Source: Candidatus Moranbacteria bacterium RIFCSPHIGHO2_01_FULL_55_24 (GTDB lineage Bacteria; Patescibacteriota; Minisyncoccia; Moranbacterales; UBA1568). Taken from it: a stretch of 64,000 nt of DNA. The stretch lies in contig MFRW01000004.1 in assembly GCA_001786575.1 (NCBI GenBank), forward strand, positions 62,655 to 126,654, read 5' to 3'. The translations under genes and the position numbers were made by a program. The notes beneath the pieces were generated by a model. The model saw only the letters and a list, made by a program, of their open reading frames with translations, ran no database searches and was not told the DNA's origin. This document shows, in pieces, positions 18,558-27,845 of the stretch. Each line of letters starts with the position of its first letter. Position 1 is the stretch's first letter.

Positions 18558-19364
18558 TTAACTTTGGAGCCGGGCTTTGCTTAGGCGCGCCTTGATTGTG
18601 TAAAAAACCCGGACGAGGACGAGGAGCGTCACGAGCAGGGCAGAGAAACCGTAGAGCCAGATCATCCACCACTCTTTCGAATCGGTTCCGCTCATGATGC
18701 CATGAGCCAGGAAAAAGAAATAGGCAGGAAAACTCACGTAGTGGATGGTGCGCCACGTCTTGAACGACATTTGTTTGCGAAATTCAGACGTCAGGATGAG
18801 AACCGTGATGCCGTAGAAGGCAAGAATCCCTAAAGCGACTGCCCAGCGGAAATCGAAGCCGAGAGCCGAAGCGTAGTCGCGGCTAATGAGAAATGGTATC
18901 AGGGCTTCGCCCAGGCGAAGCTGGAAATATGGATCGAAAAGAAGGCTTACGAAGTGGGCTACTACGAGAGTGAGCGCGCTCCAAGAGAAGAAGCGATGCA
19001 TCTCGTAGTTCATGGGCGGCGGCAGGAAGGTGGCTACGAGCCGCGTGGACATGAGCAGGCCGTTTATGGCCACGATGGTCAGGAGGATAAAGGCTGCGAT
19101 GCCGCTCGCTCGGCTGATATACCAGGCAAGCTGGGGTGTTCCGATTAGGCCAGGGTTCTCGATAGTTGTTTCTGCGGGTTCTGCTGTATAAGTGTCTGCC
19201 GGTGTGGGAGTCGGGGACAGATCGCGGATAGTGGGAGCGGGAACGAAAATCTCCTCGCTTTCTTCTGCATCGGACTGCTCATCTTCAGCTTTGACGAGAG
19301 GTATTTGGGCCGCAAAAAACAGGATGATGATGAGGAAAAAGATTTTAGAGCGTGTTCCAGACAT
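18558..19364 (-). CDS. ferric-reductase-like transmembrane (heme b-binding, MsrQ/YedZ-like) protein
   Basis: Signal peptide then acidic linker. The TM core has spaced His (HRFFSWSALTLVVAHFVSLL...HYVSFPAYFFFLAHG) typical of the Ferric_reduct domain. Start taken at MSGTRSK; it overlaps the apbE stop by 20 nt. Confidence 0.65.
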   Translation of the reverse strand: MSGTRSKIFFLIIILFFAAQIPLVKAEDEQSDAEESEEIFVPAPTIRDLSPTPTPADTYTAEPAETTIENPGLIGTPQLAWYISRASGIAAFILLTIVAINGLLMSTRLVATFLPPPMNYEMHRFFSWSALTLVVAHFVSLLFDPYFQLRLGEALIPFLISRDYASALGFDFRWAVALGILAFYGITVLILTSEFRKQMSFKTWRTIHYVSFPAYFFFLAHGIMSGTDSKEWWMIWLYGFSALLVTLLVLVRVFYTIKARLSKARLQS

Positions 19365-20271
19365 AGGGAATGGCTTCTGGAGTAAACAGGATTTTCCCGT
19401 CCTGCATTGCCAGTATAGCAGAAAGCGATTTTTCTTCGGCGAAAGCCAGCGCTTCGTTTTTCCCGAGAAGAAAAAGAGTCTTGGCGAACACATCGGCCGA
19501 GGTCGCATCTTCGGCGATGACGGTAGCGGTCGCCAGATCGCTCGGAAAGCTTTTCCCGCTCTCCGGATGGATCAGATGGTGTTTCGGTTCGCCTTCTTTT
19601 TCCCACCGGCGCCGATTGCTGCCGGAAGTCGCTACCCCTTTGCCGGAAAGGAGAAGCATCGCCAGAGTGTGCCGGCTATCATGAGGGTCTTCTACGTCGA
19701 TTCCCCAGTTCTGGTCGTCCAACATATTCCTCCCAGCTGCGAAGATGTCGCCGCCCGCGTCTACAAGGAAGTTTTCAAAGCGCGTCGCCAGGAAACGGGC
19801 GACTTTGTCTACGACGAAGCCTTTGCCGATCCCTCCCAAGTCGATCTTCATCGTTTTCGGTTTGGTGATCGTATTGTCTGATTGATTGAGAGCAAGGGCG
19901 TCGAGCTGCTCCGGCCGCCACTCGCCCTGCCGCTCTTCGGCATATGCTCCGAGATAGCCTTCTTTCTCAAGTGCCGGAAGAAGCGCAGGATTGAAGAGTC
20001 CGCGCGTCTGCTGGGAAAAGTCCTTCGATTGTTTCAAAAGGCTGAAGAGTTCATCGGAAACGACGCAAGATTCGGACTCGTTGAATCTCCACAGCTCGTT
20101 CTCTTTCTGAAAACGGCTGTACCGGGACTCGAAATCACGGAACATAGCGAAAGATTCTTCGAGAGCGGCCGCGGCAGCGTCTTCCTGTCCGGCACGAAAC
20201 TGAATCTCGATATAGATATCGGTTTTCATGATTTCTTGCTGCAGCTCGCGAGCGATTTTCTTCCAGCTCAT
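19345..20271 (-). CDS. apbE: FAD:protein FMN transferase (ApbE family)
   Basis: ApbE motifs IDLGGIGKGFVVDKV and VDAGGDIFAAG. Confidence 0.8.
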   Translation of the reverse strand: MSWKKIARELQQEIMKTDIYIEIQFRAGQEDAAAAALEESFAMFRDFESRYSRFQKENELWRFNESESCVVSDELFSLLKQSKDFSQQTRGLFNPALLPALEKEGYLGAYAEERQGEWRPEQLDALALNQSDNTITKPKTMKIDLGGIGKGFVVDKVARFLATRFENFLVDAGGDIFAAGRNMLDDQNWGIDVEDPHDSRHTLAMLLLSGKGVATSGSNRRRWEKEGEPKHHLIHPESGKSFPSDLATATVIAEDATSADVFAKTLFLLGKNEALAFAEEKSLSAILAMQDGKILFTPEAIPYVWNTL

Positions 20272-20298
20272 AATGAGGATGCGTTTACCGGACCTGAT

Positions 20299-20649
20299 TT
20301 AGGAAGATTTGGTCTTGCGGGAACTCTTCGGCTTCTTTACTGCCGGTGCAGGAGCAGCAACCTTGGCCGGCTGCGGTGCCACGGTAGCGGGAGCGGCGAT
20401 CGGTTTAGGCGTAACAGGAGCAGGTTCCGGAGCCGGGGCTGGTGTTTCAGCAGGAGGCGTTGGCAAAATATCAGGAGCAACTTGATCGGCAGGCGGCAGA
20501 TCAACGATCGAAGGCAGTGGATTGTCATTCCACGCTATCTTCTGGCCATTTTTTGCCTGTTCTACGGCGACGACCGCGGAAAAGGAGCCGAGGAAAGCCA
20601 AAACGGCAAAACCCAGGAACCAAAAGCGAAATTTCCATTTGTTATTCAT
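20299..20649 (-). CDS. membrane-anchored Pro/Ala-rich hypothetical protein
   Basis: N-terminal TM (FWFLGFAVLAFLGSF) then PAPAPEPAPVTPKP low-complexity tail. First gene of the apbE operon. Confidence 0.4.
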   Translation of the reverse strand: MNNKWKFRFWFLGFAVLAFLGSFSAVVAVEQAKNGQKIAWNDNPLPSIVDLPPADQVAPDILPTPPAETPAPAPEPAPVTPKPIAAPATVAPQPAKVAAPAPAVKKPKSSRKTKSS

Positions 20650-20753
20650 AGTGTTAGAGTGATAGCAGGTATTATTCTCTGTTGAGTAGTACGAGAAAGC
20701 AGAGAAAAAGTTTTCAAAACTGACAAAAAAAGCTTTATTTAAAGCACCAGACT

Positions 20754-21323
20754 ATGCCTTCTTCCCTCGAAGATCTTACCGATCAGGAATTGATAGCTCG
20801 GGCAAAAGATGACCCGGAGATGTTCGGGCTGCTCATGGACCGCTATGCGGAGCCTCTTCTGCGCTTCATCATGCGGCTCACGGGATGGGGAACGAATGAG
20901 GCGGAAGACATCCTTCAGGAAACATTTATCAAGACCTATCGCTACCTGAACAGCTACGATCCTGGTCTCAAGTTTTCAAGCTGGATCTACCGCATCGCCT
21001 ACAACCAGACCATCGATGCATTGCGGCACGAACAGGCGCGCCCTTTTATGAAGGCGCTCCCGGTGGAAGAGGTGGCCCACCTGCTTGCCGACCAGACTGA
21101 CCTTGAAGCCGAATTCCTCAAGCAAGAAGCTTTTGAAAAGCTTCAGACAGCTATCTACGCCCTTCCCTTGAAGTACCGAGAGGTGCTGGTTTTGCGTTTC
21201 CTCGAGGAAAAAGACTATGATGAAATAACTGACATCCTCCAGAAGCCGAAGGGGACGGTAGCGACTCTCATCCGCCGCGGGAGAAAACTTCTTTTTGAAA
21301 ACATTCAGCAGATATCCGCGTAA
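20754..21323 (+). CDS. ECF-type RNA polymerase sigma factor (sigma-70 regions 2 and 4)
   Basis: Region 2 (AEDILQETFIKTYRYLNSYDPGLKFSSWIYRIAYNQTIDALR). Region 4 (REVLVLRFLEEKDYDEITDILQKPKGTVATLIRRGRKLL). Confidence 0.85.
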   Translation: MPSSLEDLTDQELIARAKDDPEMFGLLMDRYAEPLLRFIMRLTGWGTNEAEDILQETFIKTYRYLNSYDPGLKFSSWIYRIAYNQTIDALRHEQARPFMKALPVEEVAHLLADQTDLEAEFLKQEAFEKLQTAIYALPLKYREVLVLRFLEEKDYDEITDILQKPKGTVATLIRRGRKLLFENIQQISA

Positions 21324-21332
21324 TACATATAT

Positions 21333-21794
21333 ATGACTCCCTTCGCCGAAAAGACCTTGGACCGGATCCGCCAAGAACGCCTCGCACCTCTGCCAAGCTG
21401 GCTTTTCCGGTCGATTCAGTTCGGATGGTGGGCGGGAGTGGGCAGCATGCTTGTTCTGGCCGGCGTATGTACAGCCATCGCCTTCCATATCGCTTTCGAA
21501 CTGCGGTGGAACCTGCTGGGCCGAAATGATCTTGGCTGGGCCGCTATTTTCTTTCTCTCCGCGCCGCTGGTCTGGCTCTTTTTCGTCCTCGTCTTCATCC
21601 TTCTGGGGAGCTACGCTTTTCGGCATACGCGGAACGGCTATCGGCATACCTTGCTTGTGATAATCCCCCTTTTCATCCTTGCAAGCCTCCTGCTGGCTTT
21701 TGTCTTAGAATACTCTCCCTTCGATGCGATCGTGGAGAACTTCTTTCTCCGCGCCGCTCCTCTCCAAGATTTACCGGAGAGCCTGATCCAGTAA
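21333..21794 (+). CDS. putative membrane anti-sigma factor
   Basis: Polytopic small membrane protein immediately downstream of the ECF sigma gene. Called from position only. Confidence 0.4.
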   Translation: MTPFAEKTLDRIRQERLAPLPSWLFRSIQFGWWAGVGSMLVLAGVCTAIAFHIAFELRWNLLGRNDLGWAAIFFLSAPLVWLFFVLVFILLGSYAFRHTRNGYRHTLLVIIPLFILASLLLAFVLEYSPFDAIVENFFLRAAPLQDLPESLIQ

Positions 21795-22216
21795 GTTCCG
21801 CACACAACGGCTGGCTGATCCTGCGAGTGTACCGGAGACAGGCATTTGACAGCGAGGAGTATAATAGAGATGGAGCAAGAATTTTTATCATTTCTTATAG
21901 GAACATATGAAGAAAAAATCTACCCGGATCGTAGACAAAGAGAAGGAAATGCAGGAGCATTTCCACCTGACCCGCCCTCCGCGGCTTGATGGGAAGGCGA
22001 AGAACGCCATGATGCTTTCCAAGCGGAAGAAAAAGAAAGCTGAAAAAGAGTAGGAAGAGAGACGTAATCAGCTAAATAACCCACATATGATGTACGGATA
22101 CAGTTTTTTCGGGGGAGGACTCGGTCTTCTGACCTGGCTCGCTCTCTTTATCGACCTGGTGCTGGTCGGAGTGTGGCTCTGGCAGCAGATAGCGAAGAAG
22201 CAATAAGAAAATCGCC

Positions 22217-22861
22217 ATGGGGGTATTCGCTGACAGACAAGAAGCGGGGAAGCTCCTCGCGAAAAAGCTTGCGGAGTATCGCGGCACGGACGCCGTGATC
22301 ATAGCGCTTCCGCGAGGCGGAGTCGTCACTGGCGCTGAAGTGGCCCGCGCGCTCCATCTCCCGCTCGACATCGCGGTCGTGCGCAAGATAGGGCACCCAC
22401 AGAACCCCGAGTACGCGATCTGCGTCACGGACGAGAAAGGCATATCCATATGCAACGAAGCGGAGGCCCGGGCGGTCGATCAGGATTGGCTCAAAGAAGA
22501 GATCGAACGGCAAAGAAAGGAAGCGGAGCGGCGTATCGCTGCCTACAGGGGCAAAGAGAAGCGGCGCGAACTCGGCGGGAAGACAGTCATAGTGGTGGAT
22601 GACGGCATCGCGACCGGTCTCACTATGCGGGGAGCGCTCCTGGCGATCCGGAAAGAGCATCCCAAGAAACTCGTCGTAGCGGTTCCGGCGGCTCCGTACG
22701 ATGCGGAACTGGCGTTACGCGAAGAGGTGGACTCGATAGTGATTCTTGAGGATACCCGGCACTATCTCGGGGCGGTCGGAGCGTACTATGATGATTTCCC
22801 CCAGGTTTCCGACGAAGAAGTGATCGATCTCTTGAAGGAGGATACGCTCAAGAAAACATGA
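22217..22861 (+). CDS. phosphoribosyltransferase-family protein
   Basis: PRPP-binding motif TVIVVDDGIATGLTMRGA. N-terminal ALPRGGV. Confidence 0.75.
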   Translation: MGVFADRQEAGKLLAKKLAEYRGTDAVIIALPRGGVVTGAEVARALHLPLDIAVVRKIGHPQNPEYAICVTDEKGISICNEAEARAVDQDWLKEEIERQRKEAERRIAAYRGKEKRRELGGKTVIVVDDGIATGLTMRGALLAIRKEHPKKLVVAVPAAPYDAELALREEVDSIVILEDTRHYLGAVGAYYDDFPQVSDEEVIDLLKEDTLKKT

Positions 22862-22891
22862 AACTTTTGAAAAGCGAATAATTCCCTCTTT

Positions 22892-23299
22892 ATGGAAATA
22901 TTTACCGTCGAGACAGAACAAGAGCGCCAGGTCGTCGATCTGACGGACAAGGTGAACGAAATAATCGGGCATCACCCTGTAAAAGGGGAGATGTGCCATC
23001 TTTTCATACGCCATACGACTGCTGCGCTTACCATTGTTCCTATCGATCCGAAGAGGGAACTGGACCTCATAGGGATGATAGAAGCGATGGTGCCTCATCA
23101 CCTGCATGTGAAAGCGTCCCAAAACGGGCACGACCATGTCGCGACCTATCTCCCGGCAGATATTCTGGCATCTTTCGTTGGTTCAACTCTTGCGATTCCG
23201 GTAAAGAACAAGAAACTCATGCTTGGGGATTTTCAGCGAGTCGTTCTTTTGGAATTCGCCGGTCCCAGCAAGCGCGAAATCGTGTATATCTGCGCTTGA
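22892..23299 (+). CDS. YjbQ/UPF0047 family (secondary thiamine-phosphate synthase-like) protein
   Basis: MCHLFIRHTTAALTI and HHLHVKAS motifs. Confidence 0.7.
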   Translation: MEIFTVETEQERQVVDLTDKVNEIIGHHPVKGEMCHLFIRHTTAALTIVPIDPKRELDLIGMIEAMVPHHLHVKASQNGHDHVATYLPADILASFVGSTLAIPVKNKKLMLGDFQRVVLLEFAGPSKREIVYICA

Positions 23300-23446
23300 T
23301 AAGACTCCGCTGCAAAAATATATGGGAAAGCGCCTCGCGGAGGCGTTTTTTGATAATAAGCGAAGTTGACGAAAGATTTCAAAGAAGTTACTTTTGCCTT
23401 GAGCAAAGTTCGTTCACAATTTCAAAGAGAGAAAGGAGAAACCGTT

Positions 23447-24022
23447 ATGAAAATACTTCTTGCTGTCTTGGCTCTCGGAGCCGCAAGCACGCCGCTCAAT
23501 GATGCACGGCATCAGGCTTTCATTCAGACGACGGATCCGCCGCCGTCCGCCGCATTTCCCATGGTCGATCGGCCGATGACCGCCGGGTTCGCTGTTTCGG
23601 GGAAGAGGGAGATCGATACGATCATCCTCCATTCCTCGTACGATCCTGTCGGTAAGGATCCGTACTCGGTCCGAGGAGTTGTCCGGGGATATGAGCGGTA
23701 CGGCGTGAGCGCACATTACCTGATCGATCGAGCGGGCGCTATCTATCGCCTGGTTCCCGAGAAGAACGTGAGCTACCATGCCGGGGCGAGCAGGATGCCG
23801 GACGGACGGACCAACGTCAACCGGTTCTCACTCGGCATCGAGATCATGAACAAGAAGGATGACAGCTATACGCCGGCCCAATACGCTGCCGCCCGTTACC
23901 TCATAAGCAGGCTGAAGGGCCAATATCCCATCAGGTATGTCTTGGGGCATAACAAGATCGCGCCGGACAGAAAGAGCGACCCGTGGAATTTCAATTGGAA
24001 TACGCTCCGGTCGCCGGCATGA
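23447..24022 (+). CDS. N-acetylmuramoyl-L-alanine amidase (Amidase_2/PGRP fold), secreted
   Basis: Signal peptide. IILHSS...AHYLIDRAGAIYRLVPEKNVSYHAG...LGIEIMNKKDD...YVLGHNKIAPDRKSDP. RBS GAGAAAGGAG. Confidence 0.8.
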   Translation: MKILLAVLALGAASTPLNDARHQAFIQTTDPPPSAAFPMVDRPMTAGFAVSGKREIDTIILHSSYDPVGKDPYSVRGVVRGYERYGVSAHYLIDRAGAIYRLVPEKNVSYHAGASRMPDGRTNVNRFSLGIEIMNKKDDSYTPAQYAAARYLISRLKGQYPIRYVLGHNKIAPDRKSDPWNFNWNTLRSPA

Positions 24023-24065
24023 GAAACAGGAGAACCTATGACTTTTCTCTTCTATCATCTAACCT

Positions 24066-24100
24066 AACCCACCGACGAGAAATTCGTTTCGGTGGGTTTT
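24066..24100 (+). terminator. rho-independent terminator after amidase
   Basis: AACCCACCGACGAGAAATTCGTTTCGGTGGGTTTT. Confidence 0.5.
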
Positions 24101-24106
24101 CTGTTT

Positions 24107-24135
24107 CTTGACAATACCCCCAGGGGGGTATAGAT
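24107..24135 (+). promoter_or_regulatory. csoR promoter (TTGACA ... TATAGAT) with embedded CsoR-type operator ATACCCCCAGGGGGGTAT (24114..24131)
   Basis: A G/C-tract palindrome flanked by TA sits between the -35 and -10 hexamers. This matches the known CsoR operator architecture (established knowledge). Confidence 0.55.
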
Positions 24136-24159
24136 TGGAAATATTTCTAAGGAAAATCT

Positions 24160-24423
24160 ATGCATCAATCCAAACAGAAGCTTTCTCGGCGCCTCAAGAT
24201 TATCGAGGGCCAAGTGCGCGGGCTCCAGGAGATGATTGCCAAAGACGCGTACTGCATCGATGTCATCACGCAGACTTCGGCGGTGAAGCAGGCGCTCACG
24301 GCGATAGAGGATGCTCTTATGGAGAGCCATTTGAACACCTGTGTCATCAAACAGATCAAGGGGGGCAAGGAAAGCAAGGCCAAAGAAGAGATCCTCAAGG
24401 TTTACCGGCTTAAGCGCAAGTAA
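24160..24423 (+). CDS. csoR: CsoR/RcnR-family metal-sensing transcriptional repressor
   Basis: DUF156 pattern (IEGQVRGLQEMIAKDAYCIDVITQTSAVKQALTAIEDALMESHLNTCV) with the Cys-His-Cys Cu(I) ligand positions. Confidence 0.85.
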   Translation: MHQSKQKLSRRLKIIEGQVRGLQEMIAKDAYCIDVITQTSAVKQALTAIEDALMESHLNTCVIKQIKGGKESKAKEEILKVYRLKRK

Positions 24424-24443
24424 TTATATTTATACGAACTTTT

Positions 24444-25103
24444 ATGAATAAAGATGCGATAGCCTACGGAGTTATCGGCCTCCTGTTGGGCGTAGTGATC
24501 ACCGGCTTTACGGCAGGATACGCAGTGAATAACGATATGCGAGGAATGATGAATATGATTGGCATGTGGCCGTCGTCGGGACTGCAAAATTCAAAGACAA
24601 TGATGGAGAATAGCGACCGCCATTTTATAGAACAAATGATTCCGCATCATGAGGACGCTATTGTTATGGCTGATAGCGCTCTGGAAAAAGCACAGCATCA
24701 AGAGATTAAGAACCTCGCTAATGATATTAAACGAACACAAAGCGTTGAGATAGAACAGATGCAGGAGTGGTATAAGAATTGGTTTGGTGCTGAAGTTCCA
24801 AAAGATAGTTCGGTGATGGGTAGTAGCAGGATGCGTATGGGGATGATGGGCAATGAGAGTGATGTGGAGACATTAAGAAACGCTTCTAATTTCGACGAAT
24901 CTTTTATAGAAGAGATGATACCGCATCACCAGATGGCAGTAATGATGGCCAATATGTTGCTCGTTGGCACAAATCGTCCTGAAATGAAAAAACTGGCTGA
25001 AGATATCATTTCTGCCCAGACAAAAGAAATAAATGAAATGCGACAGTGGATGAAAGACTGGGGTTATACGGCGGGCAACGATGCCGGTATGATGCAACGC
25101 TAG
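24444..25103 (+). CDS. DUF305 family protein (tandem DUF305 repeats, Met/His-rich; copper tolerance-associated)
   Basis: Two repeats of the FIEQMIPHHEDAIVMA / FIEEMIPHHQMAVMMA motif. N-terminal TM. Confidence 0.75.
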   Translation: MNKDAIAYGVIGLLLGVVITGFTAGYAVNNDMRGMMNMIGMWPSSGLQNSKTMMENSDRHFIEQMIPHHEDAIVMADSALEKAQHQEIKNLANDIKRTQSVEIEQMQEWYKNWFGAEVPKDSSVMGSSRMRMGMMGNESDVETLRNASNFDESFIEEMIPHHQMAVMMANMLLVGTNRPEMKKLAEDIISAQTKEINEMRQWMKDWGYTAGNDAGMMQR

Positions 25104-25150
25104 AGCGTGAGGATGGCGCGTAAACGCTAAATATTTTTAGAAACAAGATC

Positions 25151-25540
25151 ATGCAATACTCTCTTAGGAAAAAAGTAGCTGCGTCCGATTTTAGTGAGGT
25201 CGTGGAAGAAACGAAAGAGGCGCTTAAAGAGCAGGGTTTCGGCATTTTAACGGTAGTAGATGTCCAGGCGACACTTAGCCAGAAGCTTGGAGTAGAGTAT
25301 GGGCAGTATATCATTTTAGGTGCGTGCAATCCGCCTCTCGCTTACCAAGCATTACAAGCAGAAAAGGAAATTGGCCTTTTTTTGCCCTGTAATATTATTG
25401 TCTATGAGGAAAATTCAGAGTTTTTCGTTTCTACCATCCTGCCTACGGCCGCAATGAATATGCTGGATAATCCGGCGCTTCAAAAGGTAGCGCGTGAAGT
25501 TGAGAATAAGCTGCGAATGGTTCTTGATCATATTGAATGA
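25151..25540 (+). CDS. DUF302 domain protein
   Basis: GFGILTVVDVQATLSQKLG...YIILGACNP is the DUF302 signature. Confidence 0.7.
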   Translation: MQYSLRKKVAASDFSEVVEETKEALKEQGFGILTVVDVQATLSQKLGVEYGQYIILGACNPPLAYQALQAEKEIGLFLPCNIIVYEENSEFFVSTILPTAAMNMLDNPALQKVAREVENKLRMVLDHIE

Positions 25541-25543
25541 TAT

Positions 25544-27841
25544 ATGGATATGGATACACGGACCTATAGGATCAGGGGAATGCACTGCGCTTCCTGCGCG
25601 AGCATCATCGAGAAATCCTTTAAAAAGCTCGCAGGAGTCGAGTCCGCAGAGGTGAACTATGGGACGGAAACGGCGAAAGTGACCTTCGATAAGACGAAGA
25701 CGGATCCGCACCATCTGTCGGAGCAGATCAAGCCGCTCGGCTATTCCCTCTCGCTGCCTTCCGCTGAAGAGATGAACATGTCTTCCGATGAGCATGCGGC
25801 GCATCTCGGTATCAGCCAGTCCAAGGAAGAAAAACTTGCAGAGATTTCCGATCTCCGCGGGAAAGTGCTTTCGGCTCTTCCGCTCGCCGCGGGGAGCGCG
25901 TTCGTCATGCTCTGGGATACTCTGGCGGCATTCGATGTCCTGCCTGCGCCATCGCACACGCTCAAAGAATTTTTCCATCACCTGCTTCCGCTTTTCGCGA
26001 CGTATGTGCTCTTTGTCGTCGGCAAGCCGTACCTCCTCGGCTTCTACCGCTTTCTCCGCTATGGCCAGGCCAATATGGATACGCTCATCGGTATCGGTAC
26101 TTCGGTAGCGTATGTATATAGCTTCATCTTGGCAGCTTTCGAAGGGCCTCTCGCGCCCTATCTGAATGTCGAGGCGACTTACTACGATGTGACGATCATC
26201 GTCATTACCTTCATCGCTCTGGGGAAATACTTGGAAGCGCGGGCGAAACTTCGGACTGGGGACGCTATCGAGAAACTCCTGAATCTCCAGGCAAAAACAG
26301 CGCTCGTGATCCGTGATGGCAAAGAGGAGGAAATACCTCTGGAACAGGTGAAGCCCGGAGATACCGTCTTGGTGAAGCCCGGCGCGAAGATTCCGGTCGA
26401 CGGAAGCGTGCTCGAAGGCTCTTCTTTTGTCGATGAATCCATGGTGACCGGAGAGCCGATGCCGGCTGCGAAGGAAGAGGGCGATACGGTCGTCGCCGGT
26501 ACGCTCAATACGACCGGCAGCTTCACCTTCCGAGCTACGAAAGTCGGAGCCGAGACGCTCCTGGCGCAAATCGTGAAAATGGTGCGCGAAGCCCAGGGAA
26601 GCCGAGCACCCATCCAGGCTCTGGCGGACAAGATCTCGGCGGTTTTTGTTCCGGTAGTGCTCGTTCTGGCGTTCGCGGCTCTCGGGCTCTGGCTTCTTTT
26701 CGGAATACCCGCACTCGGCTTTTCGCAGGCCCTCTCGCTCGCGCTCACTTCTTTCGTGGGGATCCTCGTGATCGCCTGTCCGTGCGCTTTGGGGCTCGCC
26801 ACGCCGACAGCTATCATCGTCGGAGTCGGTAAGGGGGCACGGGAGGGTATCCTCATCAAGGATGCGGCGACCTTGGAGAAACTCCATAAGGCGGATACGG
26901 TGGTCGTCGATAAGACGGGGACGATTACTCGGGGGAAGCCCGAGCTCCTCGCCATCCAAAATTACTCGGATCAGGACGAGGCGGAACTTCTCTCTCTCCT
27001 GGCATCGCTCGAGAAAGCATCGGAGCATCCTGTGGCTCATGCCATTCTGCAGTCTGCAGAGAAACAGAAAAGAGAACTTCTCCAGGTAAAGAACTTTCAG
27101 AGTATCAAGGGGAAGGGAGTCGAAGGGGAAATCGCGGACCAGAAGTATTTTGCCGGCAACCTGAAGCTGATCGAAGAGCTTGGCCTCGCATTCGATAAGG
27201 AAAGAATCATTCTTGAGACGAAAGCAGGCAAAACCCCGATATTCCTTGCGACCGAAGACCGAGTCTTGGCAAGCTTCTTGGTCGCTGATGCGCTCAAGGA
27301 AGGCGCTCGGGAGGCGATCGAAGCCCTGCATCGCCTGGGGATCCGAGTCATCATGCTTTCGGGAGATGATCAGAATACCGCGGAAGCAATCGCGAAAGAA
27401 GTCGGGATAGATGAAGTGGTTGCCGAAGTGCTCCCCGAAGACAAGCTCAAGAAGATCGAGGCGCTCCAGAAAGAAGGCAGGATCGTCGCGATGGCGGGGG
27501 ACGGCGTGAACGATGCGCCTGCTTTAGCGAAGGCGGATGTCGGCATCGCCATGGGGACCGGTACCGATGTCGCCATCGAGACGGCCGGCATCACGCTCCT
27601 CCACGGCGATATCTCCAAGCTCGTCAAAGCTATCCGGCTCTCAAAAATGACAATGACCGGCATCCGGCAGAATCTTTTCTGGGCCTTCGTATACAATATC
27701 GTGGGCATCCCGCTGGCTGCAGGCCTCTTCTATCCGCTTTTCGGCTGGCTTCTCTCGCCGGTATTCGCGGGCCTTGCTATGGCCTTCTCGAGCTTCTCGG
27801 TCGTCGGGAACTCGCTTCGCTTAAAGACGAAAAAGCTGTAA
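25544..27841 (+). CDS. copA: copper-translocating P1B-type ATPase
   Basis: N-terminal HMA ([12 protein letters not shown]), TM CPC motif ([12 protein letters not shown]), [17 protein letters not shown]. Confidence 0.9.
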   Translation: MDMDTRTYRIRGMHCASCASIIEKSFKKLAGVESAEVNYGTETAKVTFDKTKTDPHHLSEQIKPLGYSLSLPSAEEMNMSSDEHAAHLGISQSKEEKLAEISDLRGKVLSALPLAAGSAFVMLWDTLAAFDVLPAPSHTLKEFFHHLLPLFATYVLFVVGKPYLLGFYRFLRYGQANMDTLIGIGTSVAYVYSFILAAFEGPLAPYLNVEATYYDVTIIVITFIALGKYLEARAKLRTGDAIEKLLNLQAKTALVIRDGKEEEIPLEQVKPGDTVLVKPGAKIPVDGSVLEGSSFVDESMVTGEPMPAAKEEGDTVVAGTLNTTGSFTFRATKVGAETLLAQIVKMVREAQGSRAPIQALADKISAVFVPVVLVLAFAALGLWLLFGIPALGFSQALSLALTSFVGILVIACPCALGLATPTAIIVGVGKGAREGILIKDAATLEKLHKADTVVVDKTGTITRGKPELLAIQNYSDQDEAELLSLLASLEKASEHPVAHAILQSAEKQKRELLQVKNFQSIKGKGVEGEIADQKYFAGNLKLIEELGLAFDKERIILETKAGKTPIFLATEDRVLASFLVADALKEGAREAIEALHRLGIRVIMLSGDDQNTAEAIAKEVGIDEVVAEVLPEDKLKKIEALQKEGRIVAMAGDGVNDAPALAKADVGIAMGTGTDVAIETAGITLLHGDISKLVKAIRLSKMTMTGIRQNLFWAFVYNIVGIPLAAGLFYPLFGWLLSPVFAGLAMAFSSFSVVGNSLRLKTKKL

Positions 27842-27845
27842 CCTT

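Noticed and set aside
21846-21875. TTGACA … TATAAT-like hexamers
   Set aside because: The spacer is only ~8 nt, which is incompatible with a sigma-70 promoter.
21906-22206. Two very small ORFs (49 aa Lys-rich; 40 aa hydrophobic) between the anti-sigma and PRTase genes
   Set aside because: Weak RBS, no recognisable motifs, and no ortholog context available. Not reported as features, though they could be genuine small proteins.
25415-27331. 638-aa minus-strand ORF antisense to copA
   Set aside because: Arg-rich shadow ORF. The copA plus frame has every P1B motif.
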